A stretch of DNA of 64,000 nt, taken from assembly GCF_009914755.1 (NCBI RefSeq), contig NC_060939.1. One strand, written 5' to 3'. Every line of letters starts with the position of its first letter. The stretch's first letter is position 1. Under the pieces are notes generated by a model that was given only the letters and a program-made list of their open reading frames with translations, was not told where the DNA came from and searched no databases. Of this stretch, positions 57,949 to 64,000 are shown one piece after another. The translations under genes were made by a program, and so were the position numbers. The stretch comes from the human T2T-CHM13v2.0 reference genome, Homo sapiens.

Positions 57949-60900
57949 GTGAGACATCGCTGTCTGCGAAGTAACTTTCTCCCCCTTCCCTCCGCATTAA
58001 CTGACAGCGTTCCAAATGCAGGTCCAGATGAGAAGCATGTCCTCATTCTCTTGTATTTCTGAAGCAAAAGAGCGGGGGGTGGGGCGGTGGGTGGAGGAGC
58101 CAGTAGGTCTGATAAGTTCAAATTCTAAAGGAGAAACAGCACCCCTAATGCTAGCGCCACTGCTGATGCGGCTGCCAGGCGGGGGAAAAGTGTTGTGTAC
58201 GTGCAGATTGCTGATGCTTCTCCCATAATGTTTTGTAGGAAGTTTCCATGCTTCTTCGGTTTAGTGCGTAGAAAGAGACCTGGAAACAAACAACGCAGAA
58301 TGATGATGATGGTCTAGGTTTCTTTAATGAGATATCTGGAGAATTTTCAGACCAGGTTTCCCAGTGCGTTGGAAGGATTGAGTGTCAGAGTCCTTGAGCC
58401 ATCCAAAGATTCTCTTAAGAGAGAAATTCTCTTAAGGTTGAAATCTGAGGGTTTAGGGGTGGATTCTGGCAGATCCTAAGGTCTGGGATCTCTGGAAAGC
58501 CCTGAAATTTATGCATTTCACCATGATGAAGACATCTAGGTTTGTAATTTAAGGTTTTCCTTTTATTCCAACACATTCGATTCTTAATGATTAACTACCT
58601 CTGTGCAGATGTGGTTTCAATAATGCTTCTTTTCTCTCTTTTACTGGGATATAATCTTTATATTTTGTGTGGAGTGTGTATATGTATGGAATGGTTCATT
58701 ATTTTTTAAGCTTGGGTTTTCTTATATGTCTTATTTCATGAAATTATGAATGTCATCATTAGCAGTAGAGATTATTATATCTAATGACCAGTGCTAAAAT
58801 ACTTTCTACCTAGAACATCATATTCCACTCTAATAGTTATTATTTCAGGTTTATTGTTTGGAATACCATTACTAGAGAAATAAACAAGAGGAAAAACCTG
58901 TTGATTAAAATAAAACACAGGAGGTTCTTTCTTTAATGGGTACACACTTTTTAACATTAGTTTCTGTAATTGTGCATTGTTGCATGATTAAATGATTTTA
59001 TCTGAAAGGTATATTTTTATATCTCTAGTAAGGTTATTTCACAGAAGACATAAACATCACTAACAATATTCATGAATATGAAAGGCTGCATATCAGGTAT
59101 AAAAATACTATCATCTTTGCTTAACTGCTTACGGAGATATGATTTGTAAGTACTGATCATAGGAAGACTTTGTTTTTTACTTACTAGTTGCCAATTACAA
59201 AGCAACTTCATGAGATTTGGGCTATTTGATATCTACAGGAACACCCCTGGCCCAATCTTATGACTCATCAGTACTTAGAAATCTTGGTGCCTGACAATTG
59301 CCATGAAGGAAATGTACTTTCAACCAAGTTACTCATTGCCAAAGTACCTAACCATTTATTCCAGTGAATATGGCTCAAGACAATATTTTATCATTTGCAT
59401 CAGTAGTATTAAAAGACACTTAAATATTTTAATCATTATATATATTGATCCTGATATTTAAACTGTGCATTGTTTATTTTACCCAATTTTGTGGTATATT
59501 TCAAATAACTTTTACCACTACCCAATTTTACATTCTACTTATTTTTGAAAGTTCATTTTTTCTTAACTATTTTTATATGGATTTTTTAATATATGGTTTT
59601 GTAACTTAATCTAAATTTTCTCAGATTTCTTTTTTTTTCTATTTCCCAATAAACAGGATATTAAAATGATGCTTCTCTGGAGCTAGGCATTACAGTGTCT
59701 GTTGTGAATAGCTCTTCCAGCTTTTAGAGAAAGTGAAAATGCATATTTTATCTATAACTGTTGAGTATTTTGAACACCTTAGTAATTGTGAATGAATCAG
59801 TTTTATAACTGGGGACTTCTGTTTTTAATAATATTTTGTTATTAACAATATTTTCATATCATATTATGCTCTATATCAGTAGAAAAGCAGGACTTGGCAC
59901 ACTTAACAGTATATCCTCAAAAACTTTGGATTTGTTGTTGAAATGAGACAAGTTCTTCATTTCACAGAGCAAGTAAAATGGAAAGTTTGGCCAATTGTTT
60001 GAAAAATTTAGGCCTGAAATACTGATATTTCAACTGCTATATATATGGTTTAAATTACTAAAACCATCTATTTGCTGAACACATTGTTAGGCAATTGCTT
60101 AACTTTTTACTTCTATTTGCTTGTGTAGGCACAGCCTGCAGCAATGGACAAATTTTTAATCAGCCTTTGAATATTACTTTTTCAGTTGCTCTCCTTGACC
60201 TGTATTTTGTTTTCATCTTTAGTATAAAGTATATTTTATGATAAATATAAAAGCCTGTTTTCTCTTTTAAGATATTAATAAAACATTTGTTCTTTCTCAA
60301 CCCATTTTTTTTTTGTTAAAAATGGAAATTTTACAGTTCTTTGAATCCAGGTAAATTTATGGAGCTCTTCCTTTAAAAACTGAATATGCAGTCATGTCTT
60401 CATTATTGAAAGTGATTCATCATATGATTTAACCTTCTGTACCGACTAAGTAAAACTTATTTTCTGTCAAGTTTATTTACCACCTGACTCCATTTTCTCA
60501 TTACCCCTCACTCCTAAATCCAATTCAATTTAGTGTCCCTCCTAGACTCTCAACTAAATTTTTATAATGATGAAATAATTCTGAATGCCAACCATAAGAC
60601 CCTGTTTTCCAGTGCTTAGTTTCCATCACCGCTGCAGAATTTGACACTGTTTGCTAATGCCTCATTCTAGAAGCCCTAGCCTCCTTTATTATAGGTGAAC
60701 TTTCTGCTACAGATTTACTCATGATTCATCTTATATAACTCCACTAGGAGATCCTCCTTGTAGGAGAGGCATTCCTTGGAGTTCCTTGCTAGGCTTCTTC
60801 CATCTTTAATCTTTTCTGGTAACAGAAAATAGACTTTAATGGAATTACAGTAAAATTGCTCTCTGGATCAATTTAGAACAAGTCCATCTGGCTTCCTACA

Positions 60901-61139
60901 AGATAATATTTCAAATATTTGAGTCTACCTATTGTCCTTCTTGGTCTTCCCTTTCCTAGGCAAAACTCAACAATTCTTTTCTTCTCTTTAAGTTTTGATC
61001 TGCAAATATTTCTATGTACTGGGCTCTCTCCATCCTGTATAAAGTCTTCTACACAAACGTTATTTGACAACAATACCTTAAAATATTCTCCCCATCAAAA
61101 ATTTTATGCTAGACAAAATGATCTGGATAAATTTATTGA

Positions 61140-61940
61140 AAGCTGACAATTGAGTGCCTACTAAGTGCCACACATGAGTACCACAAATTCACCAAGTCCA
61201 GAAATAAACTTGTCATTTACTTTTTAAGTCTATGCTTTGCTCTTATTTTCTTTGTTTTGATTAATAAAAACACTATATTTACACTTGTCCGAGCTTAATA
61301 GTGTAGAGTCATCTTTGATGCCTCTCTCTCCTTGGGCCCACTACTTTCCAAATCCTATCCCTCCTACTTTTCTAAATATCTTTCCAACCTCTACCCTCTT
61401 TCATACATCTACTCCCTAGTGGAGACCCTCATTGCTTCTCACCTGAACCATTTCTTTCCCGTGATGCTCTCTCCCTCAAAATTATGTCTATTTCAGTCTC
61501 ATCATCAAGCCACTCAGCCTTTAAGCAAATAGATTTCAAACTCTTAGCCTGACAGTCAACATATTTCACAATTTGGCTCCAACCTACCTTTCCAACGCTT
61601 TGCTTCCCATACTCCCCCTTGCCTGTACCAAATTGCTCACTGTGCTCTGAAAAAATCCAGTACTTTTCTGCCTTCATATTTATTGTCATGCTTTTTTCTT
61701 CTTCACAGATTTGAATCATTCTGTCTCTCAAGACTCAGTTCAAATATAATCTCTTGCAAGAAAAACTTTCCTGATCCCTCAATGGGTGATATCTTGATTT
61801 CATCTAAACTTGTTTATCCTTTTTGGATCTTCTTTTTTTTCACCAAGATGTTGAAGATAGTATCAACACTATGTTGGTGTTGTGGGAATAAAATAAAATA
61901 TGTAAAGCAGTATTTGATACACAGTAGATTTTAAATACAA
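61140..61940. mobile_element. L2 fragments
   Basis: Pyrimidine-rich L2-like text (agtcatctttgatgcctctctctccc...). Confidence 0.6.
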
Positions 61941-62229
61941 GTTGGCTTCCTCTTCCTTTTTTATTGCTTTTGTAGAAGCCTATGTTGTTGTTTCTTTCCT
62001 TGTGTGTACATGGCTCTTCTCCCTTACTAGTTGGAATCCCTTTAAGTAGAGGAGTGCATGTCTACTAGAGCATACTAGCAACCCAATAAATATGTTTCAA
62101 TGAAAGTATAGTGAATATATGCAGTGTTACTTTATATGTGGCCTGACACATTATAATAATGTTATTACTTTCTATCATTTGCACCCCTATTCAATTTAAG
62201 ACATTTGCTTTTATAAGCCACCACCTCAT

Positions 62230-63240
62230 ATCTTTGGCTCAGGCTAACTTGACTAATTGCAGCTTACAGATTTATTTTACATGAATTGCCAAGTCATTAT
62301 CTCCCCTGTTTGGATTTGGTGCATCTCCTTCCCTCCCACTTAAACAAAGGGCTTTAGAAGTGTTTCTATTAAATTTTATGTTCTAGCTTCAACCCAGAAT
62401 TCTAGGCATCAGAATTGTCTTGAGTGTTTTTTCCATGTGCTATCATATTTCAGCCACACTTTGTCAAATTTAATAAGCTTCACTTCAATATCTTCAACTT
62501 AGTCACTGTTCAAAAACACTGAAAACATGCGTAGATTAAAGTGAAACCTTTGTAATACCACACTGGAGACCCACGTCCATGATTATAGAACCCGATATTT
62601 ATTAGGGTAGTTCAGATCTATGAATCTACATAAAAACACTATTATCCAGGCATATCTCATATCTTCCCCACAAAGATATCATGGGAGACTGTTAAATGCA
62701 TTGCCAAAATAACTAAACCATGTCCATGCTATTTCTCTGATTCATCATATTAGTAGCAAACTTTTGAAAAGGAAGTGAATTGGCATTACCTATTAAACTC
62801 ATGTTAACTTTTAATGACTTCTTAAATATTGACAAATTACTTGTTAAATAATTAATTATGGGTTTGCAACAAAGATCAATTCCGAGTTGCCAATATATAA
62901 TTTTTACAATTCCCCCTTACTCCTCTTGAAAATTGAGACATTTGTCCATGTCCTTACCTCTGGCAGCTTTTTCATGGTCTGTAATTTCTCAAAAGTCTTG
63001 AAAGTATATCTCCAAGTTATAAATTGTCTGAAAATGAGATTTTTAACTCATTTAATGTAGCTAAACATTATTCTACTGAAGTATTATCCGCTTACATTGT
63101 TTGATTTTTTTTTTTTTTTCATTTCTAAAGCCCATTCTATATTGGTTAAAAAGACAGAAGTAGATTAAGTAGTTCTGCCTTTTTTTGTTGTTTGATAGCA
63201 TTAAACCATCTTGTACAAATAAAGGGCTTAATCTTATATT
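62230..63240 (-). mobile_element. L3/CR1 LINE reverse transcriptase relic
   Basis: The minus strand at ~62660-62730 decodes with frameshifts to DMV*L.FGNAFN.SHDI, compare CR1 VDVVYLDFSKAFD.VSH; boundaries approximate. Confidence 0.6.
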
Positions 63241-63269
63241 GGTCTATCTCTTGATCTGAACATATGGTA

Positions 63270-63695
63270 TGTGAAACCCTTCCACCTCAAAGCCTTTGTA
63301 AAGGCTGTTTCCACAAATTTCAAATCTATTCTTCCAAATATTTTCATGGTTCCCTTCTAGACATCATTCAGGGCAAATATTGTCTCCTTAGGGAAGCCTT
63401 TGCTGACCTCTTTAACTAAAGGAGTGCTGCTTATCCACCATCATTCTCTTTCTACTTAACGTGCTTTGCTTTCTTTCATAGCCTTTATGACTATGAGTAC
63501 CTGGTATAATATATAGATATGGATATATAGAGATAGATATTTTTAAATAATTGTGTCTGTCTTCACCACTGGATGTAACCCTCAGTTTGGCAGGTGCACA
63601 TTGTTATCTAGTTCACCACTGTACTCTAGTACCAAGAAAAGTACTGACATCTAACAGATACTCAATATACATTTGGTTAATGAATAAATTAAAAT
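63270..63695. mobile_element. L2 3' end
   Basis: gggaagccttt...gttcaccactgta...actcaata...aatgaataaat. Confidence 0.7.
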
Positions 63696-64000
63696 ATTAT
63701 TATATGTTACCTTAAGTTCATTTAGCTCTTTAGATTTCTTAACAGCATTCTGACAGTTTTTGGTCACTTCTCAGCATTTTCCCTAGTTATACTGCATTGC
63801 TGCTATATTTGTACCAATAATAGAGACACAGAGTGCTTATAAATTATGTTTAAAGCCATGAAATAGCCATTCATCTATTCCTCCAAGGTAGTATAAAAAT
63901 GGTGACTTTGTTTATTCAGTAACAGTGACTCTGCATATCTACTCATTCTTTATGCCCTTACCTGATTCCAAAAGCCTTTGAAGTATCTTACAATACCTTC

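Noticed and set aside
58000-64000. CTXN2 coding sequence
   Set aside because: No cortexin-like single-TM ORF was found; the coding exon should lie beyond the window end.

Overview
This is mammalian, almost certainly human, genomic DNA from the SLC24A5-MYEF2-CTXN2 locus (15q21.1). The + strand carries SLC24A5 (NCKX5) exons 3-9 (351-8444) with the derived Thr111 allele (A at 380). The - strand carries the complete 17-exon MYEF2 CDS (ATG 44335 to stop 9001). My reconstructed exons sum to 1803 nt = 600 aa, and the gene converges on and probably overlaps SLC24A5 through its 3'UTR. A CpG-island promoter lies at about 43.8-44.7 kb, and the likely non-coding first exon and promoter of CTXN2 at about 57.1-58.1 kb. 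The rest is introns and intergenic DNA with Alu, L1, L2, L3/CR1, MIR, Tigger1, MADE1, MER and MLT relics. I found no evidence for a new multi-gene system. The most notable local features are: a U12-type intron and an 8-nt frame-critical microexon in MYEF2; a near-perfect REST site, an X-box and a Z-DNA tract at CTXN2; a BANP palindrome at MYEF2; a perfect-armed MADE1 (miR-548-like) hairpin; a cluster of template-switch scars; and a truncated U2 snRNA retrocopy. Gene names and repeat families were recognised by eye, with no database searches.
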